DNA of 40,985 nucleotides from a virus (taxonomy: Duplodnaviria > Heunggongvirae > Uroviricota > Caudoviricetes). The position numbers were made by a program, and so were the translations under genes. Positions 1 to 8,578 of the stretch are shown here, piece by piece. Every line of letters begins with the position of its first letter. The stretch's first letter is position 1. Location of the stretch: positions 1 to 40,985 of IMG/VR virus record IMGVR_UViG_2563366942_000017, one strand, 5' to 3'. The notes below the pieces were generated by a model. That model saw only the letters and a list, made by a program, of their open reading frames with translations. It made no database searches and had not been told where the DNA came from.

Positions 1-516
1 ATGAAATTTAAAAAATGTCTTCTGCCTGTGGCAATGTTAGCGTCATTCACTCTGGCAGGATGCCAGTCAAATGCTGATGATCATGCCGCCGATGTTTATC
101 AAACCGATCAACTGAATACCAAACAAGAAACTAAAACCGTTAATATTATTTCCATTCTTCCCGCAAAAGTTGCCGTAGACAACTCCCAAAATAAACGAAA
201 CGCACAAGCCTTCGGCGCGCTTATTGGTGCAGTCGCTGGCGGTGTAATCGGCCACAACGTGGGGTCTGGCAGCAATTCCGGAACGACGGCAGGTGCAGTT
301 GGCGGCGGAGCTGTTGGCGCGGCAGCGGGTTCTATGGTGAATGATAAAACCTTAGTGGAAGGTGTTTCTCTAACGTATAAGGAAGGCACCAAAGTGTATA
401 CCTCCACCCAGGTGGGTAAAGAGTGCCAGTTTACGACAGGTTTAGCCGTTGTTATTACCACGACGTATAACGAAACGCGTATTCAGCCAAATACCAAATG
501 TCCTGAAAAGAGCTAA
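1..516 (+). CDS. Host-flanking lipoprotein with Gly/Ala-rich glycine-zipper-like segment
   Basis: N-terminal signal peptide with lipobox LAGC; G/A-rich GxxxG-type stretch mid-protein; lies outside the phage gene block; size and pattern reminiscent of enterobacterial yfgH-type lipoproteins (from memory, unverified). Confidence 0.55.
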   Translation: MKFKKCLLPVAMLASFTLAGCQSNADDHAADVYQTDQLNTKQETKTVNIISILPAKVAVDNSQNKRNAQAFGALIGAVAGGVIGHNVGSGSNSGTTAGAVGGGAVGAAAGSMVNDKTLVEGVSLTYKEGTKVYTSTQVGKECQFTTGLAVVITTTYNETRIQPNTKCPEKS

Positions 517-531
517 TGATCAGGAGGAGTC

Positions 532-1071
532 ATGAAGAAAGTTTTTCTTTGCGCCATCTTAGCCTCCTTAAGCTATCCGGCTATCGCCTCATCATTGCAG
601 GATCAACTCTCTGCTGTCGCAGAAGCGGAACAGCAAGGTAAAAATGAAGAGCAAAGGCAGCATGACGAATGGGTCGCGGAGCGCAACAGGGAAATCCAGC
701 AAGAGAAGCAACGTCGCGCAAACGCCCAGGCCGCGGCTAATAAAAGAGCGGCAACGGCAGCAGCGAATAAGAAAGCTCGTCAGGATAAACTGGACGCCGA
801 AGCCACTGCGGACAAAAAACGCGATCAAAGTTATGAAGATGAGCTACGCAGCTTAGAGATTCAGAAACAAAAACTGGCGCTGGCGAAAGAAGAAGCCCGC
901 GTTAAGCGAGAAAACGAATTTATCGATCAGGAACTGAAGCACAAAGCTGCGCAAACCGATGTGGTGCAATCTGAAGCTGACGCAAACAGAAATATGACTG
1001 AAGGCGGTCGCGATCTGATGAAAAGCGTGGGCAAAGCAGAAGAGAACAAATCGGACAGCTGGTTTAATTAA
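532..1071 (+). CDS. Host-flanking secreted charged coiled-coil protein
   Basis: Strong SD AGGAGGAG 6-8 nt upstream of ATG; N-terminal signal peptide; K/E/A/Q-rich low-complexity body; followed by hairpin terminator. Confidence 0.5.
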   Translation: MKKVFLCAILASLSYPAIASSLQDQLSAVAEAEQQGKNEEQRQHDEWVAERNREIQQEKQRRANAQAAANKRAATAAANKKARQDKLDAEATADKKRDQSYEDELRSLEIQKQKLALAKEEARVKRENEFIDQELKHKAAQTDVVQSEADANRNMTEGGRDLMKSVGKAEENKSDSWFN

Positions 1072-1110
1072 TCGATGTAAGTAACTTCAAGCCTATAATT
1101 CTTGAAGATA

Positions 1111-1142
1111 AAAAACCCTCTGTAGTAACAGAGGGTTTTGTT
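1111..1142. terminator. Bidirectional rho-independent terminator between host genes and prophage lysis genes
   Basis: Stem CCCTCTG / CAGAGGG with 6-nt loop, A-tract on 5' side and T-tract on 3' side, so it works on either strand. Confidence 0.6.
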
Positions 1143-1267
1143 CATTCATAGTGCAGGGATCAAAATCATTCCCACTCAATTATTTACGACATGCATAATT
1201 AATTGACTGATAACAACTTTCTGCAACATGATTTTCACCGTACCGTTTTATATACCGTCACCGAAAA

Positions 1268-1765
1268 TCAGTACCACGATTTTTGCTTCTTCAGTGAATC
1301 GTATTGCTGTTCGCAGGATTCTCCTGCAATCCGATACTTTTCAGCCTCAGCTGCTGTTGCGTTGTAAACTCGGTTGCTTTCTTCAAGCATGTCGGCGAGC
1401 ACACCGATGACCTTGCTGGCTGGCGTGCCAGTGGGGAAAGATCCGGTATAGTGTTCGGCGAGTCGCTTGGTTTTGTCAAGCTCGGCGCGCAGGCTGTCAG
1501 CAGCGGCATTAGCATGCTCAGCATCAACACGCGCCACATCGATACGGGATTGTGTTTCACGTTCAATTTGTGTTTTCTCCTGATCACGTTGTGACCTGGC
1601 CTTATCATCAGCCTGTTTCTGATCTTCCTGTGCCTGCGCATACCCGGCGTCGTACTGACGACTGCCGTGTGCATTCCAGGCTACAACTCCTGATATGACC
1701 AGAACAGCAAGCATCGCCATGATAACCAACTGTTTCCAGTATGCTTTTGCGAATGCCCAGATCAT
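1268..1765 (-). CDS. Rz-like i-spanin (inner membrane spanin)
   Basis: N-terminal TM helix then charged coiled-coil periplasmic region; start overlaps endolysin stop by 4 nt; last gene of lysis cassette. Confidence 0.6.
   Translation of the reverse strand: MIWAFAKAYWKQLVIMAMLAVLVISGVVAWNAHGSRQYDAGYAQAQEDQKQADDKARSQRDQEKTQIERETQSRIDVARVDAEHANAAADSLRAELDKTKRLAEHYTGSFPTGTPASKVIGVLADMLEESNRVYNATAAEAEKYRIAGESCEQQYDSLKKQKSWY
1291..1539 (-). CDS. Rz1-like o-spanin lipoprotein embedded in +1 frame inside the i-spanin gene
   Basis: Alternate-frame ORF wholly inside 1268..1765; internal start [17 protein letters not shown] gives signal peptide plus lipobox LTAC; proline-rich mature part; start chosen by codon arithmetic, alternatives at 1524/1515. 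Confidence 0.45.
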   Translation of the reverse strand: MWRVLMLSMLMPLLTACAPSLTKPSDSPNTIPDLSPLARQPARSSVCSPTCLKKATEFTTQQQLRLKSIGLQENPANSNTIH

Positions 1766-2391
1766 ACCGCCAGCACCTTACTGGCAGTGATGTATCGCGC
1801 GCGCCGGTCATCAATGCCGTTCTGGCCACCATTGATAAGCAGAGTTACACGTGCAATATCTCCGGTATACTTCATGCAGCCTTTGCTGGAGAAGAACCAC
1901 GCCGCGCTACGAGCCGCGTATTCGTCCTGCGCCAACAGTTCAGGATTCTCCAGCAGGTCCACTTTCAGGCCGTTTCCGCAATCACGATAGTTATTCAAAC
2001 CGGTAATCTGGATAAGTCCGCGACCTCGGTAATTCCAGCCATCGCCGGGGGCATTGTTCCCCATGCGTTTGCTGTACACCAGATTTGCGATCGCACGCTG
2101 GCGCTCGAGTGGTAATGGCGGTTCACCAGCACGGCGACCCAGTGCGTTGGCCTGTCCCTGAGTGAGACGACCGGCACGAACGAAGTTAGCCAGTCCGGTG
2201 ACGCTGTAATTGAAATTCTCCTGCAACCTGGTGAAGCCTCCAGACTCATGCCCGACCTGAGCAATAAACATAGCCTGATCTTCTGGTTTGCTGATACCAA
2301 ACTCTCTCATCGCAGAAGTTATATACGAGAACCAGCGTGCAGCCAGCGCCTCGCTGATACCAGCAGCTCGCTGGAATTGTTTAATCTCCAT
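1762..2391 (-). CDS. Endolysin, glycoside hydrolase family 19 (chitinase-like lysozyme)
   Basis: Motifs [24 protein letters not shown] typical of GH19 endolysins; internal ATG at 2389-2391 has GAGG SD; the longer ORF start would overlap the upstream membrane gene by about 170 nt. Confidence 0.75.
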   Translation of the reverse strand: MEIKQFQRAAGISEALAARWFSYITSAMREFGISKPEDQAMFIAQVGHESGGFTRLQENFNYSVTGLANFVRAGRLTQGQANALGRRAGEPPLPLERQRAIANLVYSKRMGNNAPGDGWNYRGRGLIQITGLNNYRDCGNGLKVDLLENPELLAQDEYAARSAAWFFSSKGCMKYTGDIARVTLLINGGQNGIDDRRARYITASKVLAV

Positions 2392-2689
2392 GTTTAGACC
2401 TCGATACTTTGAAAATTTGAACGACGTTACCGCGCGTTTTAATAACCGCAGCGAGCATGACAGCGTTGATAATGACCTCAGATAAATCCACAGCCATTGG
2501 CGTGCGGAACCAGATTGCATAGGCAACACGAATCGGAATACTGGCCGCAGCAACAATCAGGAAATAAGCAAGCCACCCCCCCCATCTTCGATGTTGAGAT
2601 CCGTTACGCCGGAATGTGACAACGCGAATTGCTATGCCAGTACAAATAACTGCATTGGTGATAAGCAAAAAAAACTCATGCGTTACCAT
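2381..2689 (-). CDS. Small membrane protein, holin/antiholin candidate
   Basis: About 100 aa with 2-3 predicted hydrophobic helices, immediately upstream of and overlapping endolysin start. Confidence 0.45.
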   Translation of the reverse strand: MVTHEFFLLITNAVICTGIAIRVVTFRRNGSQHRRWGGWLAYFLIVAAASIPIRVAYAIWFRTPMAVDLSEVIINAVMLAAVIKTRGNVVQIFKVSRSKHGD

Positions 2690-3113
2690 CGTCTTTTCTC
2701 CCCGGAATTAACTCGCGTGGATTATCGGAACGGTGGTAGAGCCATATACCAATACGCACAGCAACAATTGCTGACACGAATGCGCCAGCAGAGAAAACAA
2801 TCCCTTTTTCAAAAGAGTCCTGCGTGATAGTAGGGATCAGGCTGGCTATGCCGATAAGAATTGATGCTGCTGGTTTATAAAAAAGAAGGCCGCAGAGAAA
2901 GCTAAGCATCGATAAGAGTACGCGACGATGAATTGGGTACTCTACCGCAGAGGTAACAAAAATTACCGCACCAGCCAAAGACCCTAAAGCAACCTCAGGA
3001 GGAACTCCTGCTATAACCGCAGCAAGAGAACTCATGCTAAGCCATTGATTTAAAGATTCACTGGTTAGTTGAGCTGACATAATGTGCACCATATTTTGTA
3101 TATACAGATCCAC
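2676..3113 (-). CDS. Holin candidate (multi-TM membrane protein)
   Basis: Several hydrophobic helices, charged C-terminus; first gene of lysis cassette; start ambiguous (in-frame ATGs at 3092 and 3080). Confidence 0.45.
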   Translation of the reverse strand: MDLYIQNMVHIMSAQLTSESLNQWLSMSSLAAVIAGVPPEVALGSLAGAVIFVTSAVEYPIHRRVLLSMLSFLCGLLFYKPAASILIGIASLIPTITQDSFEKGIVFSAGAFVSAIVAVRIGIWLYHRSDNPRELIPGRKDDGNA

Positions 3114-3337
3114 TTAAACTGTCAGCTAATTATACACAACAAACCATATAAGAATAATTATTACTCAATATTATTCTTGATTATTCGTATTTATCCGGTG
3201 CGCCGTAAAAACCAGTTCTTCTTGGCGTAGAGGATGTCAAGAGAATTAAATGATAATTACATTGTTGATAAGTGGCGTCCTTGCCGTGGTAATTACTAAA
3301 CTTATGATTTCTCCGCCATGCCTGATATGGAAAATAA

Positions 3338-6187
3338 TTACTTATTTTTTTCCATTGGTTCAGCCTTATTGAGTTGTTCCTTAAGCTTATTCCATGCTGA
3401 ATCCTCAGGCATCTGTACTCGCACAGAAACGAACTGATTAGCAGGAATGTCGATCGGGTCACCGTTCGAAACACCAGGGATGTCGTTACGTGCAAAAACT
3501 GGCGAGTTATCATGAGTGCGGTGAAACGTTTTCACCAACACAGAGCCATCTTGGTTAACAACATAATCCAGCCAGATGAGCGGCTGCTTGTTTCGGTCCT
3601 GCGGTATTTCAAATCCACCATCAATCCCCCCCCATGAAGCATCTGCATTCAGACCTACGCAACCCTCAATCAGATATTCCCCCAATGCCAGCCGTGTGAC
3701 GGTTACCCCATCTGATTCGCGATTTGTTTCACTACTACCGTCTGAGAAAATCTTCACAACCGGAGAGGCTTTTTTGATGAAACCACTTGAATCGACGGTC
3801 GTGTTCAGCGACGACCATGCCTCAGCCCAGCCTGTGTTACCTGCGCGAATAGCATCGTCTGCGTAGCGGAAGAACAGTTTTGATGTTGTGGACATGAATA
3901 TCTGCAACACACGGTTTTTTGCATATCCTGACTCCCATAATGCTCCGTTACCTGTTCCTTCTGGCTGCCAGTTTGTCACCCCACCTGCAGCTCCTACACT
4001 TACACCAGTAGACCAGTCTCCAGCAAATTCTGGAAGATTTAGTGAGTTAGGTGAGCGAATTGATACATCAACCAGACCAGGGGATCCGAGAATCGACATG
4101 CTGCGGGAGGACACCTTAGTAAAAGAGTTGTACCCGCCGTTTTTGGAAATCCTTCCTGTATAATTATTAGCCCTGTTAGTTCCATTAACTGTAATTTCCC
4201 AGGTATCGCCGTTGATGAAGTCGATCTGCAATAGGCAGAATGCTGGCAGCGTCATCTGTCCTGGCGCAGATGGCCCACCTTCAAACAGTGGCATATCCTG
4301 TTCAAGATATGTCACATATCTACCTGCATCTGTATTCCGCAAATAGTCACAAATAGCCTGTGCCGATGTAAATAGCGCAATACCATCAGCCGGGTTTACA
4401 GGGTGACGGCCAGCGTTAATCACCCTTCCGCGAGGGTTAAATAACTGTGATGAGGCATTGGATAGCGGAGTCATGTCTACTGTTCCAGGTTCATTAGATG
4501 GACAGTTAGCGCGAATGATGTTTAAAGTCCTATAATTTGATCCGCCCCCATTGTCATAGCGAATAGACTGTAGAAGATACAATTCCTCAGAGCCAGAAAT
4601 ATCACAAGACTGCACCCCCTCATTTTCAGTGGAGTAAACACTCTTCCCTGAATAACTATCCCAGTATGTTTTGAAATCTGCAGGTGACAGCAGGTACTGA
4701 CCTAATTCTGAACCATTAAGGCTGTACTCAATATAACCCTGCAACCCTGCGAAAGTATTTCCAGATCCCGCCGTGGTAGATGCACCAATACCAGCAAATA
4801 TCCGTTGAGAACCAAGAGCGACACCCTGCCGTTTTGGTTTACCGGCTCCGCGACCTCCAACATTTGCATCAACCGTAATAGTCCCCATTGGACTGTAAGA
4901 TCCTTCTATAAGGCTGTTAATATCCAGTGTGTTAAAGATATTGGATACACCTGTCTCAACATCAAAAATTTTCGGCCAACCCATATCCGCATTTTCGTAT
5001 ATCAGGGTATTACCAAAGCCACTAAACTGATATCGCACTCCAAGGCGTGTTGATTCAGTGAAGTTTGTAATCTGCGTTTTATCAACCAGCGTACGCGGAT
5101 CTTCGATAGGGTAAATTCTGATAGTGCGAGATGGGCTGTACGGCAGCAGGATGTAACGCTGTCCTGCCACTCGGTAAACGTGGATGCCTTCTGGTGCACC
5201 AACGTTATTCGGAAAATGAAGACGTGTTACCAATGCTCCTGTTACCCAGTCATGCACCGTAACCCATACCGATGCGGGGTCTAGCGTCTGCCAGCCGATG
5301 TATACCATTCCATCATTGCTGTCTATGTAAATCCCCTGAAATCCCATGGTCGTGTAACCATACTGATCTTTAAGATCTGCGGTAATCTCATCGTCTATGA
5401 TGCTGAATTCTAATTTCCAGTTCAGCGGCCTACGCGTACCACTGACATGCCTGGAAATATGAGACAGGTAGCTTTTTTTCCCTCCGGCCAAAATGTAACG
5501 CGAGGTTATTTCTGTCACTATGCCGACTGCAGCAGGAGTAACACGATAAACAGCCCCATTAATCCTGACAAAGTTTGAAATGGTTTTTATCTCATACCCG
5601 ACAGACATGTCCAAGCGAGAGCTGTCATATTTGCCATTAGCGAGATCTGTAACATACATTGCGTTGTCGATGTTATCAGGCCTAACTACCCCACTATATA
5701 AGTCTTGCACATATTTTTTTGTTACAGCATCCTGAGAGTTCTTCGGATCGGCCAAATTGGAAATTCTGTTTTGCTTTGCATCGTAATATTTTGCAAGCAA
5801 AGATGGTTTCATCAATGCACGTCTGAACCACCCAAAACATCGCTGGATCAGCATCGTCAGGTAGTCAAATGCATCTTCATGAACTTCGGGGAAAAATTTT
5901 CCCTGATTGCGAAGATCAGTCTCCTGCACCACATCAAGCACACGCTCTATCGTGATTCGCCAGCCAGCAGCAAGCGGCGACGGAAGAACCACTGCACCGC
6001 CACTATAAGTTCCCGCCCCTGTTACTGTATAACCAGCATCCAGCACTAGTTCTGTTACGTTACCGTTAAGGTCAGACACCTGAACAACCAGGTCGGATTT
6101 TTTGAAAATACGGAAGGTATACGGAAATGATGTCGTAACGCCGTTACCTGTGTATTCGTTGTGGTCAACTTCGGTTGAGACCGTCAT
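3338..6187 (-). CDS. Tailspike / tail fibre protein with T7-gp17-like N-terminal adaptor domain
   Basis: N-terminus MTVSTEVDHNEYTGNGVTTSFPYTFRIF matches the conserved podovirus tail-fibre N-terminal domain; 949 aa Gly/Ser/Thr/Asn-rich beta-structure-like body consistent with receptor-binding or depolymerase domain. Confidence 0.75.
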   Translation of the reverse strand: MTVSTEVDHNEYTGNGVTTSFPYTFRIFKKSDLVVQVSDLNGNVTELVLDAGYTVTGAGTYSGGAVVLPSPLAAGWRITIERVLDVVQETDLRNQGKFFPEVHEDAFDYLTMLIQRCFGWFRRALMKPSLLAKYYDAKQNRISNLADPKNSQDAVTKKYVQDLYSGVVRPDNIDNAMYVTDLANGKYDSSRLDMSVGYEIKTISNFVRINGAVYRVTPAAVGIVTEITSRYILAGGKKSYLSHISRHVSGTRRPLNWKLEFSIIDDEITADLKDQYGYTTMGFQGIYIDSNDGMVYIGWQTLDPASVWVTVHDWVTGALVTRLHFPNNVGAPEGIHVYRVAGQRYILLPYSPSRTIRIYPIEDPRTLVDKTQITNFTESTRLGVRYQFSGFGNTLIYENADMGWPKIFDVETGVSNIFNTLDINSLIEGSYSPMGTITVDANVGGRGAGKPKRQGVALGSQRIFAGIGASTTAGSGNTFAGLQGYIEYSLNGSELGQYLLSPADFKTYWDSYSGKSVYSTENEGVQSCDISGSEELYLLQSIRYDNGGGSNYRTLNIIRANCPSNEPGTVDMTPLSNASSQLFNPRGRVINAGRHPVNPADGIALFTSAQAICDYLRNTDAGRYVTYLEQDMPLFEGGPSAPGQMTLPAFCLLQIDFINGDTWEITVNGTNRANNYTGRISKNGGYNSFTKVSSRSMSILGSPGLVDVSIRSPNSLNLPEFAGDWSTGVSVGAAGGVTNWQPEGTGNGALWESGYAKNRVLQIFMSTTSKLFFRYADDAIRAGNTGWAEAWSSLNTTVDSSGFIKKASPVVKIFSDGSSETNRESDGVTVTRLALGEYLIEGCVGLNADASWGGIDGGFEIPQDRNKQPLIWLDYVVNQDGSVLVKTFHRTHDNSPVFARNDIPGVSNGDPIDIPANQFVSVRVQMPEDSAWNKLKEQLNKAEPMEKNK

Positions 6188-6272
6188 GTTAAATCTCCAG
6201 ATAGTCGCAGCACCCGTTGCGCCGCATATCTGGTTATTCTATTACCTGAAAAACCACATATGGATAGAAAGA

Positions 6273-6288
6273 CTGTGAATATGAACAG
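6273..6288. promoter_or_regulatory. LexA (SOS) box 1, CTGT-N8-ACAG
   Basis: CTGTgaatatgaACAG matches SOS-box core CTGT-N8-ACAG with AT-rich spacer; lies in promoter region upstream of gene 6383. Confidence 0.55.
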
Positions 6289-6291
6289 ATA

Positions 6292-6306
6292 TTACCTTTC
6301 GGGTAA
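6292..6306. promoter_or_regulatory. Operator palindrome TTACC-N5-GGTAA (site A1)
   Basis: ATTACCtttcgGGTAAT, perfect 17-bp palindrome, member of recurring family. Confidence 0.6.
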
Positions 6307-6345
6307 TTTGCAAAACGTGCTGGATAGCAAACAAATTATTTGATA

Positions 6346-6361
6346 CTGTATATTTATACAG
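6346..6361. promoter_or_regulatory. LexA (SOS) box 2, CTGT-N8-ACAG
   Basis: aCTGTatatttatACAGtt, near-consensus SOS box about 20 nt upstream of the SD of gene 6383. Confidence 0.65.
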
Positions 6362-6382
6362 TTATTGCATGGAGAAGATAAG

Positions 6383-6640
6383 ATGCAGCAGTATCACTAT
6401 CCACTGGAAGACGGATTTACCGAAAGGATTCACACGCCGGGAGGCGTCAGGTCACTGGTGGAGGGATCGCACTTGATGAAATTACTCCGGGATCTCGATA
6501 AGGATGGATTTAATGTCGATGGCCCACTTGCCGAACTGACTGCACTGATTAACTACGTCACCAGCTCACAGATGTCTATGCAGGATCTGCAAACACATCT
6601 CGACTATTGTGCCGAACAATTACGAAAGCAAACCAGATAA
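6383..6640 (+). CDS. Small antirepressor-like protein (standalone homolog of the C-terminal module of the two Ant proteins)
   Basis: SD GGAGAAG before ATG 6383; 85 aa; aligns to the last ~75 aa of ORFs 6953..7639 and 8813..9751 (shared IHxPxGV, LM.LL, DG..V.G..AELT, QTH..Y); preceded by two LexA boxes. Confidence 0.5.
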   Translation: MQQYHYPLEDGFTERIHTPGGVRSLVEGSHLMKLLRDLDKDGFNVDGPLAELTALINYVTSSQMSMQDLQTHLDYCAEQLRKQTR

Positions 6641-6671
6641 GGTTTGCAATTACCAAGCGGAGTGCTTATAT

Positions 6672-6686
6672 TTACCTTTGCGGTAA
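6672..6686. promoter_or_regulatory. Operator palindrome TTACC-N5-GGTAA (site A2)
   Basis: TTTACCtttgcGGTAAA between gene 6383 and the Bro-N antirepressor gene. Confidence 0.55.
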
Positions 6687-6780
6687 ATTTACATCGCACT
6701 CCTCTTGTGCCATAGTAATCGGGTACTGGCAAAATCCAGTGCCGGGATTGGCGTCCCGAGTTACTACAGAGGCACATATG

Positions 6781-6800
6781 CCGCATAAGCGGTTTTTTTA
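6781..6800 (+). terminator. Rho-independent terminator
   Basis: CCGCataaGCGG hairpin followed by TTTTTTT. Confidence 0.5.
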
Positions 6801-6952
6801 TGTGTAAAGCGCACCTATTCTATGGTGGGCTGTGTGGGGGCACCGAAAGGTGCGCCGGGTCCTTTGTAGCCGGTTACGCCAACCCTGCACAGTTCACCAC
6901 CAACCGATTGGCGTCGGTAGTGGTGATTAACCTAACTACAAAGGTGATCACT

Positions 6953-7639
6953 ATGACTGCTAACGTAACCCCATCTGTTTTTCATTTTGAATCAGAAGCA
7001 ACCATTCGAGCCATTGTTATTGATGGAAATCCTTGGTTTGTTGCCAAAGACGTTATTAAAGCTCTTCAACTGACAAACCCCACTATGTCAATAAAATCTC
7101 TTGATGATGATGAAAGGGCTAAATTTAACTTAGGCCGTCAAGGTGAAACCAATATTATCAACGAGTCAGGCCTCTACACACTGATCCTCCGCTGCCGCGA
7201 CGCAGTGACACCAGGCACTATCCCCTACCGCTTTCGTAAATGGGTTACAGGTGAGGTTCTTCCTCAGATCCGCCGCACCGGAAGTTACATAAAAAACTCG
7301 CTCCCGCAAGAAGAACGCATAAAGATGGTTGCCGACCAGGTAGCCAACGCCACGGCGTCAGCAGTAATGCAGGCGATGAAGATAGAGAACAAAACCTACA
7401 GTGCCCCACTGAAGCCCGGCTACCGTAGCCTGATTCATTCTCCGTCTGGTGTTCTCGGCCTGACGGAAAACTCACTGCTGATGAATCTGCTGAACCAGTT
7501 ACAGGAAGACGGGCACGACGTATCGGGCGCGGCGGCGGAGCTGACCACCATGTTCTGCTACATCGTCGGTGTGAGCAAATGCCTGCGTGATATCCAGACC
7601 CACGCGGAGTACATCAACGACAAGGCAGGGTTCTTCTGA
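6953..7639 (+). CDS. Antirepressor with Bro-N-like N-terminal domain
   Basis: SD AAGGTGA before ATG 6953; N-terminal IDGNPWFVAKDV motif typical of Bro-N/Ant N-terminal domain; C-terminal 77 aa identical to that of ORF 8813..9751; upstream ORF extension is treated as 5' leader. Confidence 0.65.
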   Translation: MTANVTPSVFHFESEATIRAIVIDGNPWFVAKDVIKALQLTNPTMSIKSLDDDERAKFNLGRQGETNIINESGLYTLILRCRDAVTPGTIPYRFRKWVTGEVLPQIRRTGSYIKNSLPQEERIKMVADQVANATASAVMQAMKIENKTYSAPLKPGYRSLIHSPSGVLGLTENSLLMNLLNQLQEDGHDVSGAAAELTTMFCYIVGVSKCLRDIQTHAEYINDKAGFF

Positions 7640-7665
7640 CGGCGGCGGCACAGGGACGTGCCTTT
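7395..7665. repeat. Inverted repeat arm 1 (3' end of Bro-N antirepressor gene plus ~25 bp)
   Basis: Reverse-complement match to 8787..9057; encodes identical 77-aa C-terminus; DNA differs at several synonymous positions; boundaries approximate. Confidence 0.6.
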
Positions 7666-7682
7666 AAATAATTCTGTACAGA

Positions 7683-7711
7683 TTGCAGACTGTGGGTGAA
7701 TAGCGTACTAT
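7683..7711 (+). promoter_or_regulatory. Sigma70-like promoter TTGCAG-17-TACTAT
   Basis: -35 TTGCAG, 17-nt spacer, -10 TACTAT; operator B starts at the last T of the -10. Confidence 0.45.
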
Positions 7712-7725
7712 TACCTCAAGGGTAA
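7711..7725. promoter_or_regulatory. Operator palindrome TTACC-N5-GGTAA (site B)
   Basis: TTACCtcaagGGTAA overlapping the predicted transcription start of the 7786/7940 cassette. Confidence 0.6.
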
Positions 7726-7785
7726 ACGGATTGGTTTCATTTTTATTAATCCGTGTAATGAACTTATGAGATATGAGGTAATGTC

Positions 7786-7965
7786 ATGCGAAACGAAAAA
7801 TTGCAGATGCGTAGAGCGCAAGCTGCCGCAAGACGTTCTTTCAATGGAAGCGTAGAGTACGTAAAAGTTACTATGACAAAAGATCACGCAAGTCGCGTAT
7901 CCCGCGCTTTCTTTGATTCTCGTAACAATAAGGAAAATTATGAGTTCGTCTGCGTCGCAGAATGA
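7786..7965 (+). CDS. Small basic protein (59 aa), candidate antitoxin/regulator partner
   Basis: Not in ORF track (<60 aa); ATG 7786 with SD GAGGTAA 6 nt upstream; overlaps downstream gene start by 26 nt (translational coupling). Confidence 0.35.
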   Translation: MRNEKLQMRRAQAAARRSFNGSVEYVKVTMTKDHASRVSRAFFDSRNNKENYEFVCVAE

Positions 7966-8485
7966 TAAAAATCAAATTGTCAGATATAAGGGTCGAGTAT
8001 TGCATACGCAAAATTTCTCGGCCCTTTGTGCATCTGATCTTGAGCTGAAGAAAGTATCTGATGCCTTTACCCAGTATTGGAAAACGGGATACCATCCATC
8101 TCTTGGTAAAGATGCTGCATTTGCTCGTCCGACAGAAATGCTTAAACTAAATGTCAGGCATACTCATGTCGATAACCAAGACTATATTCCAGAAGATAGT
8201 GATAAAAAACACACTGGTAAAAAATCATCTTGGGATGCATGGAAAAATATAGCGTCTGTGCAAGTAAAATGCATACCAACAAGTGATTGCTTTTTAGTTT
8301 ATTCGGTAAATCACAATCGTGATGCGCTGGTTATGTTTTTTGTTGACGCAGATGCCCACAACATAACTGAGCAAGAAGAGTTTAAAGAGGCAGCAATCAC
8401 TATCAGTTATCAATTCTTTGAGAAAACAAAAACAGAACCAATGCCTTTAGAAGAAGATCTTTTTTCTGATAAATGGAAGGAATAA
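7940..8485 (+). CDS. YafO-family toxin-like protein (candidate toxin or abortive-infection effector)
   Basis: SD AAGGA before ATG 7940; segments DAFTQYWKTGYHPSLGKDA, VRHTHVDN and CFLVYSVNHNRDALVMFFVD resemble E. coli YafO motifs (recalled from memory, no search run); AT-rich codon usage; strong terminator follows. Confidence 0.45.
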   Translation: MSSSASQNDKNQIVRYKGRVLHTQNFSALCASDLELKKVSDAFTQYWKTGYHPSLGKDAAFARPTEMLKLNVRHTHVDNQDYIPEDSDKKHTGKKSSWDAWKNIASVQVKCIPTSDCFLVYSVNHNRDALVMFFVDADAHNITEQEEFKEAAITISYQFFEKTKTEPMPLEEDLFSDKWKE

Positions 8486-8506
8486 GCCCGCGCTGCGGGC
8501 TTTTTT
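8486..8506 (+). terminator. Rho-independent terminator
   Basis: GCCCGC-GCT-GCGGGC hairpin followed by TTTTTT. Confidence 0.7.
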
Positions 8507-8578
8507 GTGGACGAAACAAAAGTCAGTGCTACACTCATTGACGCCACATCGAGGTGGCTTATAGATGGAAATTTCACA

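Noticed and set aside
3181-3513. ORF 3181..3513 (110 aa, minus)
   Set aside because: Mostly overlaps the tailspike 3' end in another frame; no start signal; likely spurious
6800-6952. N-terminal extension of ORF 6800..7639
   Set aside because: Contains a terminator and hairpin leader; the internal ATG 6953 with a good SD gives the Bro-N domain start, so the extension is treated as 5' UTR
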